IMG/VR virus record: IMGVR_UViG_3300009788_000087
Source of the DNA: a virus
Length of the DNA: 64,000 nt
Direction: 5' to 3' (one strand)
Part shown: positions 9,690 to 20,024 of the stretch, piece by piece
How the letters are laid out: each line of letters begins with the position of its first letter
How positions within the stretch are numbered: the stretch's first letter is position 1
The notes under the pieces: model-generated
What the model saw: only the letters and a program-made list of their open reading frames with translations
Databases searched by the model: none
What the model was told of the DNA's origin: nothing
Position numbers and translations under genes: made by a program

Positions 9690-12600
9690 CTATGAACCGC
9701 CACCGATCAAAAGCGGGAATTTCTTACCTGACTTATCTTTGTTTCTTCCGAATCTCGTCCAGACTTCAATCCTACCCTCAGGAACAAATTGTGTTTCTTG
9801 GTTTTTCCTTCTCTCATATGTCACTTTTGGACGTTCTAGCATGTGGCTCTCTACCACGAACTCATCGCCGATGAAATATGCACGAGCGGGAATTAGTTTC
9901 TTCACCATCTCGATAAATGTTCGATCGAAGAATTCAAGCATATCTGCAAAAATAGTGAAGTTCAAACGACCTTGCAGACGCTTGAAGTAATTGTCTCGAA
10001 GTATTCGAATATCATCATAATGAATTCGATACTTGTTTGCCGGGAATCCGATTGCTTGGTTTAATTCGTCGAGTGATACAAGCATCTGAACGATATCTTC
10101 ATTTAATGCATCGATCATATTGAACTCTAGACTGACGATCTTCAAGTCATTAACGAAATCGGATCTTTTTAGTGTCGTTGTATTGAATGTACGAACTTTA
10201 TCTTCATTCCATCCAAAGTCTAGTGATGCGATATAGTGGTATCTATTCAAAAACTTCTTGTAACTTTGTTGATCTGAAGCAAATAATAGACCATTAAGAA
10301 AACCTAAAGGATCTGGTATTGCAAGATTTTCGATATCTGAGATAAGAGTACCGACACTTTCATCTCCGCCATTAAGCCTTAGGTGAATCTTAAGATCACT
10401 AAGGTTTTCGTTAATGTCGTTAACGCCATAGCTTTGAAAGTTTATAGCATGATCATCAAGCTCATCTTTCGTTAAAACTCGATCCCAATATCTAATTTCT
10501 TGAGCCCAAAACTGACTCTGTGTAGTTTTACCAAGTGATGAACCGACACCATGTGTATCCGAACCGATGCCGCCGACTGTAATACTATTCCATTTTCCAA
10601 CAAATATCTGACCACTTTCAACACTACCAGAACTTCCCACGGCAGATAAATCTATATCTCCACTTTCATCAATATGGCGTACTTCGATCGATATTGATGA
10701 ACTCAATTGATTTTTAATAATAGCAACGTTGTACCACTCGTTGTTAAATATCCCTATGCTATCTGTCTTTATATTAAGACTAAGTGAATCAGAAGAAGAA
10801 AGAGCAAGAGTTCCTGTATGCGATCCAACACTATCTTTATGGTACCACAACCCCATACCTGTTGCTGCAGTGAAATCGCCTGTAGACATTAAAAAACCCT
10901 CTGTGAGAGTTGCTTGAATATCTGTCGAGGAAGTTAAAGGAAATCTAAATCTACCTTCTAGAGTAAAACTACCTGTGCCTTGAAATGATCCTGCCCCTAG
11001 TGGAAACCTAGCTTCAACACGACTAAGAACCGATCCTGACCCGAACCCAAGAGCATATACTGATTTATCTGCCGTTATTCGTTTAGTTTGAATGCTCACT
11101 TCTGGCTGGTGACTATACTCCTTTAATCTTACGAAATTTTCATTGACACCATATGCTCTTAGAAGAGACTTAACACTCTCACGTGTACCTTTCGTTTTAT
11201 ATAAGTGCATGAGGTTAATGAGTGTCCTTCGCCAGAACTCATTTTTAATCTCAAATAATTTCTTATCAAGATCCTCATTCGACTGAACATTCTTGAGCAC
11301 AGATCTTCCGATCAGATATTGGAATGCATCAGTATTCAAGAAGTTGCCAGTAAACTCCCAACCAAAGAATTTCGCAACAACGTCAAGTAATGCGTCAGGT
11401 GTTTGATCGAAATCGCTGTAGTTAACTTTTAGAACATTGATAAACTGATCGATGTTAGACTTGATTATATCGTAATGACGAGCTGCGATGAGGACGAAGT
11501 TCTTAAGAACATCTGTCTGACCCTGTTGCAGCTCTTCAAGTTTAAAGAAATTCTCAGGCAACATGTCGGTAATTTTATTGCTGTTCTGTCTGTCGTAAGC
11601 ACTTCCAGATGCCTGCTGCACAGCGATATATTCTGATATATCCGAAGTATTGAGGTTTAGAATTAGATCTGGATCCTCTCTAACCAAAAATGTGCCGCTG
11701 TGTCTTAGTGCACTGTGATAGTTTTGAATACGACCATTTAATCCATGACCTGAATAGTCGAGAGCAATCTTGTTGTCTTCATTTTCGAATGCTGATCCCG
11801 TTGTGTTGAATCTATACAACGCATTGAGGTTCTTCTGTGCGAATTGTTTTACATTGAATGATGAGCTAATCTCCTGTATAGTTCGTGCCTTATTCCAGAT
11901 CTTTACGTCATCTATAGATCCTGTAAACCATACATTTAATCCAGCCGTAACGGCCGGTAGTTCTAATGTACCAGAACCAATGTAGAGATTCTCAGCAGGA
12001 ATGTCAAGGGCCTCATGTATATTAATTGAAGCAGACTGGGCTATGACTGGAAATTCTGTTTGACTGCCTGTTAAAATCGCAATTGAACCAGTAAACGATG
12101 ATCGATTAAAGATACCTGCAACATATTGAATAGTACTAGGAGCAAATGGTGTTGAAACTGAATCTGCAACAGAACCTGACCTTACCATGAATGTTATGTT
12201 TGAGCCAGTCAGGAACAGAGAGTAACCGTAGCGTTCCGTCGATGATGAGCCGCTCATCTTTTGGATAAGCATCTGGAAATCGTCTGTGCCCGTTAGAGCA
12301 ACAGACGGTTCATACCACATCTCAACAGTCAGCGAACCGGTTCCAGGACTCAGCAGACCATTTTTTGCCTTGCCGTTCTCACTGCCAATGTCTTCAATGG
12401 CGACGTATGACTTAGCAATCGTTGGATCGATCCTTAAGTGACCAACAGACTTCGGCCAAGCTTTAACTACATGTTGTTGATATTGGTCTAAGTCATTTTC
12501 GAATCTCTCAATGTTTTCACATGTCCCGTCAAAAGGATATTCATTGAGTATCTTCTCACCAGTAATATTGAAATAATCAAGTGCTGAGTTGAAGAATACA

Positions 12601-12785
12601 AAGTTGTCAAAATCAGAATAGTCGATCTTTAGACGCGTCGTTTCAAGGTTAGAAATACGTTCAAGAATTAATCCTTGCTCTTCCTCATTACTAGAAATTG
12701 TTTCAAGAGTATGCGGATCGGTGGCTACAAGTCCGGACTCAATTTTTAACTGATCTCTAAAGAGATCAAATAGATCATTCGCCAC
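9690..12785 (-). CDS. baseplate wedge-like protein with two LamG-like domains
   Basis: SLTVEMWY...FTGSIDDVKIWNKART and FTLEGRF...QEIRYWDRVLT are LamG motifs; LHLYKTKGTRESVKSLLRAYG is a baseplate gp7/gpI-type motif; GAGGTG RBS before the GTG at 12785. Confidence 0.65.
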   Translation of the reverse strand: MANDLFDLFRDQLKIESGLVATDPHTLETISSNEEEQGLILERISNLETTRLKIDYSDFDNFVFFNSALDYFNITGEKILNEYPFDGTCENIERFENDLDQYQQHVVKAWPKSVGHLRIDPTIAKSYVAIEDIGSENGKAKNGLLSPGTGSLTVEMWYEPSVALTGTDDFQMLIQKMSGSSSTERYGYSLFLTGSNITFMVRSGSVADSVSTPFAPSTIQYVAGIFNRSSFTGSIAILTGSQTEFPVIAQSASINIHEALDIPAENLYIGSGTLELPAVTAGLNVWFTGSIDDVKIWNKARTIQEISSSFNVKQFAQKNLNALYRFNTTGSAFENEDNKIALDYSGHGLNGRIQNYHSALRHSGTFLVREDPDLILNLNTSDISEYIAVQQASGSAYDRQNSNKITDMLPENFFKLEELQQGQTDVLKNFVLIAARHYDIIKSNIDQFINVLKVNYSDFDQTPDALLDVVAKFFGWEFTGNFLNTDAFQYLIGRSVLKNVQSNEDLDKKLFEIKNEFWRRTLINLMHLYKTKGTRESVKSLLRAYGVNENFVRLKEYSHQPEVSIQTKRITADKSVYALGFGSGSVLSRVEARFPLGAGSFQGTGSFTLEGRFRFPLTSSTDIQATLTEGFLMSTGDFTAATGMGLWYHKDSVGSHTGTLALSSSDSLSLNIKTDSIGIFNNEWYNVAIIKNQLSSSISIEVRHIDESGDIDLSAVGSSGSVESGQIFVGKWNSITVGGIGSDTHGVGSSLGKTTQSQFWAQEIRYWDRVLTKDELDDHAINFQSYGVNDINENLSDLKIHLRLNGGDESVGTLISDIENLAIPDPLGFLNGLLFASDQQSYKKFLNRYHYIASLDFGWNEDKVRTFNTTTLKRSDFVNDLKIVSLEFNMIDALNEDIVQMLVSLDELNQAIGFPANKYRIHYDDIRILRDNYFKRLQGRLNFTIFADMLEFFDRTFIEMVKKLIPARAYFIGDEFVVESHMLERPKVTYERRKNQETQFVPEGRIEVWTRFGRNKDKSGKKFPLLIGGGS

Positions 12786-12933
12786 TTCCACTCACCTCAC
12801 AGAATTCAATAAACTCATCCACGAGCTCATCATACTCTTTTTCAGACAATTCATTACATTCTAAGCAGTATGTTTCACAGCTTCCTCGAAGCTCATCTTC
12901 ATATTCTCTTCTTGTCTTGTATTTGAACTCCAC
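12775..12933 (-). CDS. small acidic hypothetical protein (52 aa)
   Basis: GTG overlaps the upstream TAG; MEFKYKTRREYEDELRGSCETYCLEC...; not in the ORF track. Confidence 0.5.
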   Translation of the reverse strand: MEFKYKTRREYEDELRGSCETYCLECNELSEKEYDELVDEFIEFCEVSGSGE

Positions 12934-14309
12934 TATATGACCCTAAACCTAAAGTCTTGATTGACTTTTTGTAGTTGTCCATCAATCTCAAAGAAAAACA
13001 CGAGATTATACACTTCTCTCTGTGATAGACTGCTCATAAAGAATTTGAAGTAGTTTCCATTCTTATCATATGACAATCTAGTAGTTTCTAATGTTCCTGT
13101 GCCAAGAGGAATTACATTTTTCTCAGTAAGTGCATTGTCAACACGATAATATCCCTTTGTGATGACAGTGTTGCCCATTTTAAGAGATCCTGTTAGTACA
13201 ACTGCAGGATTATAGGATCTTGTACGAACAAAGAGATTAAAGCGAATATCTTCATTTAACTCATACTCTTTTTTAAGATTCTTTACACTAACGACATGCT
13301 GTTCTTGCTTGTTTTCCTCGAATGGACCATCTTTAAATGGTGTAAACGTACCAGTTAAATATGATACGCTTGACGAGTGCCAAACATCATTAAATCTTGA
13401 ACCAGAATATGATGCAGACGTAAATGTGAATGATGCACTGTATATTCCTGTCAATCCAGTGTGAGATCCAGATATTTGTTGGATAAATGAACCGCTTGGG
13501 TCTTGGATTGTTACTGTTAAGACTTCACCGGATGTCCCGATTCCAGCAATATTTGCTAAAGTTCCTTTTGATTTATTGTAGAGGAATAACGTGTTTGAAG
13601 CATCGAAAGCAAGATTATCCCTATCATCCTTTAGTGAATCATCCCATCTCATTTCAATGGATGGTCTTTTATCTAAGAAATTTGTTTCACGACCATGAAA
13701 TTTCTTTCTAAAGTAATTGATACTATCAGTTTCTTCTGCATCTGTGAGCTTGAGTAAGAAACCATTATTTGGAAGACCACCAGTTAACCAAGCACCTACA
13801 ATATTTGTTACATCAACCTCTATATCTTCATTCCCTGTTACAAACGATGCAGTATTAATCGAAGTCGTAAGGAAATCACTTCCAGTTGTTGTCCAAAGAA
13901 TTGCTCGTGTCGCTTTATCCCAGTTTGCCTCTCCTTTATCGAGATATTCTTCATGGTCAATACCAACACCCTCTGTCCAGGATTGTGACAAAGGTATAAT
14001 GTCAAGATCAAAGCTTGTTGGAACCGTATCAACGTGGATCGCGTTAGTCATCCTAAGCACGTACGTAGAACCGGTTGATGGAGCTCTACCAGACGCTGTG
14101 AGTGCAGCTATTCCAGATAAATCAAACTGAAGTAGTGTCCTTGCAAGACTAGCCGTCGCGGTTACTGTCAAAGATCCAGAAATTCCTCTCTTCTTGAAGA
14201 TCTCAAGTATCTCAGATGCACCGAAGTTTGATCCAGTCATCTGTACAGCATTTTTCTGCACATTCGTAATAAATGTGTCTTTCTCAGGGTATATTCTGAA
14301 GATCGCCAT
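12933..14309 (-). CDS. virion structural protein (DNRLRE-like beta-sandwich)
   Basis: MAIFRIYPEKDTFI...ARTLLQFDLS...NNGFLLK; 8 [ST]GS motifs. Confidence 0.6.
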   Translation of the reverse strand: MAIFRIYPEKDTFITNVQKNAVQMTGSNFGASEILEIFKKRGISGSLTVTATASLARTLLQFDLSGIAALTASGRAPSTGSTYVLRMTNAIHVDTVPTSFDLDIIPLSQSWTEGVGIDHEEYLDKGEANWDKATRAILWTTTGSDFLTTSINTASFVTGNEDIEVDVTNIVGAWLTGGLPNNGFLLKLTDAEETDSINYFRKKFHGRETNFLDKRPSIEMRWDDSLKDDRDNLAFDASNTLFLYNKSKGTLANIAGIGTSGEVLTVTIQDPSGSFIQQISGSHTGLTGIYSASFTFTSASYSGSRFNDVWHSSSVSYLTGTFTPFKDGPFEENKQEQHVVSVKNLKKEYELNEDIRFNLFVRTRSYNPAVVLTGSLKMGNTVITKGYYRVDNALTEKNVIPLGTGTLETTRLSYDKNGNYFKFFMSSLSQREVYNLVFFFEIDGQLQKVNQDFRFRVI

Positions 14310-16129
14310 TATTTTGCCACACCGGAAATATCTTTATTCGGGTATTTGATCTCAAAGATCGCATTATCTGGACAGTAAACAATGTTATTATTTGTTTGTG
14401 ATTGGACGTCAAACCTCGACTGCGAAAAGCCAAAACCATCTACTGTACCAAACACATTCCTGAATTTTAACTCATAAACTGAAATCACGCCCAGCACGCT
14501 CTGTAATTCAGCAGATAGATCAGACAAGACAATTGGTTGACCAATCTGCTGTCTATCAATATCGAAGTAATCCTTGCTTACAGACAAGCACTTGGCTAAA
14601 ACCTCTGATCTATTGAACTTTGGTGCTACAACAATACCAAAATCAAACTTCAAGTTTATGATATCACCGTCGAGGATATTAACACCATCAGTAATCATCC
14701 TAAACTGTGATACATATCTCATGATATTTTTCTTGAGACCTTGAGATGCGACATCAAGCTGTCCATTTTGGTCTTTTGTTAGAATATGCATATCAAGTGC
14801 GAGTGAATTAGCGTTATTTCGCTTAACAAAGACCTTATCAGGCTTCCCGAATTTCTCAGGAAGCGTCATAATCCTCGCAATAAAGTCCTCTTTAGTCACA
14901 ACGCGATTTTGCGTTGCAAAAAACGCGCCCGCGTTAGCTTTTACTTCACTAATTGTTTCAATTGAACTGCCGCCGTCGGTTTTTGTTAGGTTAATACATT
15001 CAATCGAGTTGTTAACCGCTGATTTCTTGGCTGTGTCAAGGTTTGTTGAGCTGAAAGTGAGTGTTGCATTTTCAACATTCTTTATTGCGCCTGCTGCTAC
15101 ATTTGTTTCACTGCCGCCGCCGACTCTATACCGGACAGTGACAGTCACGTTGAATGGGCTAAGCCCCAAACTACGCGTTTTTAGGAAATTCTGTGGATCT
15201 AGAGGGAATGTTGTAAACGTTTTGCGGCCTGCAAGTGGAAGTGCAAGGTCAGCGAGGTTTGGAATGAGCTCATCATCGAAATTAATGCCGTCACCGGAAC
15301 CAAATATCAATGATGTCTTACGTGTCTCTGGATTTCTATCAGTTATGAAGCGTCTCGGAACAGTAAGCAGCTTAAGTGTGTACGGTACCTCACTGCTATC
15401 TGTGCCTGTATTCGTGTCACTGTCAAATACTGTATCCTGCGCAAGGAAATCAACCTCTGTCCATTCATTTCCATCACTATCAGTAACTGAAATTACTTCT
15501 AGTACGTCCTGTTCAGATAATTCAATTGTTTTAAATTGCTCGAAGTCACCAAGTATGAATGCGTCTGACTTTGTTTCACCCGCAATGACCTCAACAGACT
15601 TTCTAAGCGCAAAATGTGTTGGAAGACCGGTATTGCTGTCAAATTGCGAACCCGTGACTTCACGACCATCTGAAGCACTGAACACAATATCTTCAAGCGA
15701 CTCGTATGGCTGACCATTGTTACTGCTGGCGCGGGCGCCTTTGACTAGTCGTGGAGAGAAAACGTCATCAGGGATAATTTCACCTTTTGTATTCGATGTC
15801 GATGGCACTTCAACCATGAAATGCAATTGTCCGCGGGCAGCGCGCGGACCTTTTGGTTTATAACCTAGGCTTTTTGCAAATGAAACGACATTCTTTTCTT
15901 GTCTAGCAGACTCTTGTTTAAGCTCATTAAATGATTGATCTAAGTAGAATGATAGCACATCACCGATATATGCATTGAGCTCAAGTAGTACCATACCTGG
16001 AGATGATTCGTTGAAGTCTTGAAACACTCCGCTATGGTGTGCTTGTGTGAACTTAATAAGATCACGCTTGAAACCATCAAAGTCTTTATTCAAGAACTTA
16101 ATCGTCTTATCTTTGAGAAACTCAGCCAT
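14309..16129 (-). CDS. baseplate wedge subunit (T4 gp6 / baseplate J-like)
   Basis: NKDFDGFKRDLIKF...DFNESSPGMVLLELNAYIGDVLSFYLD; YRVGGG; QNRVVTKEDF. Confidence 0.85.
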   Translation of the reverse strand: MAEFLKDKTIKFLNKDFDGFKRDLIKFTQAHHSGVFQDFNESSPGMVLLELNAYIGDVLSFYLDQSFNELKQESARQEKNVVSFAKSLGYKPKGPRAARGQLHFMVEVPSTSNTKGEIIPDDVFSPRLVKGARASSNNGQPYESLEDIVFSASDGREVTGSQFDSNTGLPTHFALRKSVEVIAGETKSDAFILGDFEQFKTIELSEQDVLEVISVTDSDGNEWTEVDFLAQDTVFDSDTNTGTDSSEVPYTLKLLTVPRRFITDRNPETRKTSLIFGSGDGINFDDELIPNLADLALPLAGRKTFTTFPLDPQNFLKTRSLGLSPFNVTVTVRYRVGGGSETNVAAGAIKNVENATLTFSSTNLDTAKKSAVNNSIECINLTKTDGGSSIETISEVKANAGAFFATQNRVVTKEDFIARIMTLPEKFGKPDKVFVKRNNANSLALDMHILTKDQNGQLDVASQGLKKNIMRYVSQFRMITDGVNILDGDIINLKFDFGIVVAPKFNRSEVLAKCLSVSKDYFDIDRQQIGQPIVLSDLSAELQSVLGVISVYELKFRNVFGTVDGFGFSQSRFDVQSQTNNNIVYCPDNAIFEIKYPNKDISGVAK

Positions 16130-16144
16130 CTACATTAGTCTCCA

Positions 16145-16540
16145 CTACGTCGTAACTATGAATGTCGAACGACCCTGAAGGTCTGGTTTGCTCGTTAGCC
16201 TGTATGCCATGACTACGCCGATCCCGTTCTCTGGTATTTCAGGTAGGTCATCTGAAAATAGTACATTGAGCTCATTTAATTCAACAAATGGAAGCCAAAG
16301 TGCCATCTGATTGTTGATTCGATCTGCGATTTGTCCCCTGAGTTCATTGCTATTCTTTTGCTGGAAGATGAACTCACGGAGATTGCATCCGAAATTGAAA
16401 TGCATTACACGCTCGCCCCAGTTTGTTATAAGGATTGAGCGTATATCGTTCTCAACAGCTTCAAGCTCGGTCTCCGTTACTTGGAAATGACCAAGCGAGC
16501 CAGTCGTGACGTTGAATGGTACAGTAAATCCGATCGACAT
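16145..16540 (-). CDS. baseplate protein, GPW/gp25 family
   Basis: IRSILITNWGERVMHFNFGCNLREFIF; 131 aa. Confidence 0.85.
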   Translation of the reverse strand: MSIGFTVPFNVTTGSLGHFQVTETELEAVENDIRSILITNWGERVMHFNFGCNLREFIFQQKNSNELRGQIADRINNQMALWLPFVELNELNVLFSDDLPEIPENGIGVVMAYRLTSKPDLQGRSTFIVTT

Positions 16541-16584
16541 TCTACCGTAAGTAGGATGTCAGAACGGTATTTTAAGATGGCGCT

Positions 16585-17058
16585 TTAAGCTAGTTTAACT
16601 ATTGCTGTAATTCCAGTAGATATGTTAGTAGTTGTTACCACAATTGTGGTCGTGTATCTATGGAGAGCGGCTGCCAGTTCACGTGCGGCGCGAGCTTTAT
16701 CTTCCATATTTCGAATGATACCCGCAGCTATACCCAACTGAACAGCTGCACCTATAGCGGATGTCGTGATACCGGTGAATCCAGGACCTGCCCATACTGC
16801 AGGCGTCCAGTATGATATCATAGCTAGCTCAAGGCTAGCGAAAAACTGTCCAAACCCTACTGAGGCAAGCTGTGACTCAATGGTCACTTTAACTAGTCCT
16901 GAGGGCGTCGTCAGTCCTGCGACTGCTCCTTGAGCATAGTCATGGTATACCTTTGCCCATCGTCGAGCGGCATCTAGCTTCGACGCTGGTGGATTGTTCT
17001 GTAGTGCTGTAAATCCATCGACCAGCTTCTGCTTGATGAGTGGCACACTACTTACCAT
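16585..17058 (-). CDS. hypothetical protein (baseplate region)
   Basis: Operon position between the spike and gp25-like genes. Confidence 0.65.
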   Translation of the reverse strand: MVSSVPLIKQKLVDGFTALQNNPPASKLDAARRWAKVYHDYAQGAVAGLTTPSGLVKVTIESQLASVGFGQFFASLELAMISYWTPAVWAGPGFTGITTSAIGAAVQLGIAAGIIRNMEDKARAARELAAALHRYTTTIVVTTTNISTGITAIVKLA

Positions 17059-17695
17059 CCACTTTTACAAATGTTGATAGATGAGCATTCGATATGATAT
17101 TCGGTATCGATGATGGTACAGGATTACTCGAAGGTCCTGTTGGTGTTAGATGAATATGACCCTTGAAGTCCTGAGTGAATGTCTTTCCACGTATCACAGC
17201 TTCTGCAACTTTCTCTATCGCTTTGTTGCTGAGATATATCTGTGGACCTTCGAGGATTATCTTTCCATCTTTCACAATGATGTGTGAATCACCCACGACA
17301 ATGCGAAAATCCTTTCGTGCAACGAATCTGATAGAATCAGACTTTATTATTGCTGCAGGAGTTTCATTTGCGTTCGTGCCAGCTTCTCTACTTGGCAAGT
17401 CTTCGATTTGCAGGTTCTTATCGACATCTGTTTTCATGGACACGTAGATATATGACATGTCTGTGTCAAAATTTGGATTAACGCTAGATCTACCAGCAAT
17501 CAAGTGCCACGAACCTGCACTCTTGCCCTCACCAGGAGCATTTATATGCCCATGACCTGAATCAAGAGGAGCTTCTCCGGGCGCTGCTCTATCGGCGCCA
17601 CAAATCATTGTGACATTATTTGACCCTTCAATAACTCTATCACCGTATCGTCTTATGAATCCTGGAACTTCTTCTTTAACAATATCATATGACAT
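17048..17695 (-). CDS. baseplate central spike-like protein
   Basis: Beta-repeat stretch and a C-terminal FKGHIHLTPTGPS HxH spike-tip motif. Confidence 0.65.
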   Translation of the reverse strand: MSYDIVKEEVPGFIRRYGDRVIEGSNNVTMICGADRAAPGEAPLDSGHGHINAPGEGKSAGSWHLIAGRSSVNPNFDTDMSYIYVSMKTDVDKNLQIEDLPSREAGTNANETPAAIIKSDSIRFVARKDFRIVVGDSHIIVKDGKIILEGPQIYLSNKAIEKVAEAVIRGKTFTQDFKGHIHLTPTGPSSNPVPSSIPNIISNAHLSTFVKVDGK

Positions 17696-17697
17696 GT

Positions 17698-18321
17698 CTA
17701 AGAGTCTCCAAAAAGAACTGTGAGAGCAGCGCTTACGACTCTTTCACCTGCATCACGATCTGTCGTAAGCGCTGTATTGTCTTCCGCTAATTCTGCAGAA
17801 TCATCATAAAGAGATGTAAGACGAGCTGTTTCACTCGCTTCAAATGAATCCTGACCGCGAAAATAATTTACATTCTGGTGACCTGGGACTTTGCCAAACC
17901 ACAATCCATGCTGAAAGTCTGTATCTTCGAAGGTCACATAGACGTGCTCGCCTGGTTTGATTGGCATTGCGTCATGATCAGGGAACATTGGCCAAAATAC
18001 TCGAAGTGAGTCATCATCGTCATACTGATCTAATCCAGCAGTGATGATGCGTGCCTTGATACTATTGCGCGGATTCAACGGGCCAACATTCGCTGGTACT
18101 TCAAATTCTCGTTTGTCTATGACATGCGCTAGTCCACCCTCACCCTCTGGATTTTCTAACAGTCCACCTTCTACATCGATTGCTATAACGACGGCGCGCC
18201 ACCAAACTTGTACATTTTCATCTTTATCCCACAGCTCACCACGTACACTTTTATTGATGAGTTCTGAGAGAAAGACCTCTGGTCTTCGGAATTTCTCAAT
18301 CGTTTGGAATTTTTTAGCCAT
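17698..18321 (-). CDS. baseplate hub/spike N-terminal OB-fold-like protein
   Basis: WRAVVIAID...SIKARII...MPIKPGEHVYVTF...GLWFGKV resembles a gp5 OB fold. Confidence 0.55.
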   Translation of the reverse strand: MAKKFQTIEKFRRPEVFLSELINKSVRGELWDKDENVQVWWRAVVIAIDVEGGLLENPEGEGGLAHVIDKREFEVPANVGPLNPRNSIKARIITAGLDQYDDDDSLRVFWPMFPDHDAMPIKPGEHVYVTFEDTDFQHGLWFGKVPGHQNVNYFRGQDSFEASETARLTSLYDDSAELAEDNTALTTDRDAGERVVSAALTVLFGDS

Positions 18322-18330
18322 CTAAGATAT

Positions 18331-18534
18331 CTAGTCTCCACCTCTCTTTTCTAGTTCATCTGTGATGATTCGAACCTCTTCTCGTAAACGACCAATCTTC
18401 TCGAGAAGAGGACCAGCTTCTTTAAGCTTATCGTCCAGACTAATCAACAATGCTGCTACACGAGCTTTAAGGTCATCAACATCACATACAGAAAGATCAG
18501 GCATCTGCTGTTCTCCCCAGTGGTTTTGCTTCAA
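18331..18534 (-). CDS. small coiled-coil hypothetical protein
   Basis: ORF track; tightly packed with neighbours. Confidence 0.55.
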   Translation of the reverse strand: MKQNHWGEQQMPDLSVCDVDDLKARVAALLISLDDKLKEAGPLLEKIGRLREEVRIITDELEKRGGD

Positions 18535-18814
18535 TTACGTCAAATAGACTATCTTTGTCGTCTTTCGTAAGATTTTTATTATCTGTAGTTTCTGGCTTCT
18601 CAAGCTTCTGCTTAAGCTTTGCAAGCTCCACTACCTGGCCAGTCTGCTTAGTGAGAGAATCAACGATCTTCACAAGATTATCACTGATAGCCTGACGTAC
18701 GAATGGATCAGCTGCACCTTGTTCATTGAGCTCATCATAGAGTGTTTCTAGACGCTTTCTATCAGCTGTAATATTCTCTAGCGCCTTCAGTATATAGTCT
18801 TCTGATTGCTTCAC
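18497..18814 (-). CDS. hypothetical coiled-coil protein
   Basis: ORF track; directly downstream of the sigma-like gene. Confidence 0.65.
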   Translation of the reverse strand: MKQSEDYILKALENITADRKRLETLYDELNEQGAADPFVRQAISDNLVKIVDSLTKQTGQVVELAKLKQKLEKPETTDNKNLTKDDKDSLFDVIEAKPLGRTADA

Positions 18815-18819
18815 AATCT

Positions 18820-19491
18820 TTAATATCCCTCAGTAAAATACTTTGACTTCCACTTTGCATAAAGCTCACGCATCTTCTTAAGATTCATTGCGACTTGCTT
18901 CTCGTTCAGTCCAGTCATTTCCCTTAAATAAAGATACACTGCTTTCTTGTTATAAATAGTGACTAGTTCTGGATTACTCATGAGAAAGATCACGGCTTCT
19001 AAAACTTTTCTCTCATTCTTCTTGACAAGCTTTGAACGCCAGAAGTCAAGCTCAGTAAAGAGACTCTTCCAGAATTCCTGCTCAAGAACGTCATCTTCAT
19101 GTGGAGAATATGTCATCGAGGGATTGTCACGTATTGAATCACTATCGACTCCCACGTGCAATTCGCGCTCAATCCTGTTCTTCTTCGCTCTTTCTCTCGT
19201 CTTTTGGATAAACCAGTTCTTTGCTACGACGTTAAAATAAGAGAATCCTTTCGTCCCTTTTTCAGGATCAAACTTCGGTAACATCTCATACAAGTTTGCT
19301 AAGCAATCCTGCTTAAGAGTTTCGACATCATCGATTGTAAAAAATTTGTACACAAAGATAAGATTCTCGATCAGTTTCTCAAATGCAGGTCGAATGCCTT
19401 CATTGAATAGAGCATGTTTATTTTCTGAATCTTCAGTCTTAAGAAATTTCTTAATGTACTCGTCAGTTTCTTTTGTAAAATATTGTGGCAT
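18820..19491 (-). CDS. phage RNA polymerase sigma-factor-like protein (candidate late sigma)
   Basis: Region-2-like LPKFDPEKGTKGFSYFNVVAKNWFI plus a C-terminal HTH (YLREMTGLNEKQVAMNLKKM). Confidence 0.7.
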   Translation of the reverse strand: MPQYFTKETDEYIKKFLKTEDSENKHALFNEGIRPAFEKLIENLIFVYKFFTIDDVETLKQDCLANLYEMLPKFDPEKGTKGFSYFNVVAKNWFIQKTRERAKKNRIERELHVGVDSDSIRDNPSMTYSPHEDDVLEQEFWKSLFTELDFWRSKLVKKNERKVLEAVIFLMSNPELVTIYNKKAVYLYLREMTGLNEKQVAMNLKKMRELYAKWKSKYFTEGY

Positions 19492-19494
19492 AAT

Positions 19495-19830
19495 CTAATC
19501 TACAACAATTGGTCTTTCTACTTCAGTTATTTCTTTCGGGGCAAGAGCGCGTCCAACTCTAACACCATTGAATACTTGTGCGTAGTAATCAAATCGTCCC
19601 TTCATCAAAGTCATATTTCGATTCAAGTGCATGATATCTGGTGAATTTGAAAAGGTCGATTTAGCAAGAAGTGATTCAAAATATTCATTGAAAAGGTCGA
19701 TATCGTCCATGACATTTTCAAACAATTCATCAAACTGTATCGTGCGCTTGATGAAGCGCTTAGTAATAAAATACGAAATAACGTTCCCCAATGCTGACAC
19801 GATAAATAAAATTGTTATAACTGCAGTCAT
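19495..19830 (-). CDS. hypothetical membrane-anchored protein
   Basis: N-terminal hydrophobic helix; ATGA overlap with the upstream gene. Confidence 0.6.
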   Translation of the reverse strand: MTAVITILFIVSALGNVISYFITKRFIKRTIQFDELFENVMDDIDLFNEYFESLLAKSTFSNSPDIMHLNRNMTLMKGRFDYYAQVFNGVRVGRALAPKEITEVERPIVVD

Positions 19831-20021
19831 TTCGTTCCTTTGGAATACCCATCTTTGGCCCAACAAGATCCCTTGAGTGCAAAATTAGACTTCGAAATAA
19901 TTGGATCCATCTCTATGTTGCAGTTTTCTTCACAACACATCGGTTGGTTCTTTTTGTCTAAATTCTGTTGAATCTCAACAATTATCTTGCATTTCGAGCA
20001 TTTATAGGCATATATCGGCAT
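19827..20021 (-). CDS. FmdB-family zinc-ribbon protein
   Basis: MPIYAYKCSKC...C...IISKSNFALKGSCWAKDGY. Confidence 0.85.
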   Translation of the reverse strand: MPIYAYKCSKCKIIVEIQQNLDKKNQPMCCEENCNIEMDPIISKSNFALKGSCWAKDGYSKGTK

Positions 20022-20024
20022 TAT

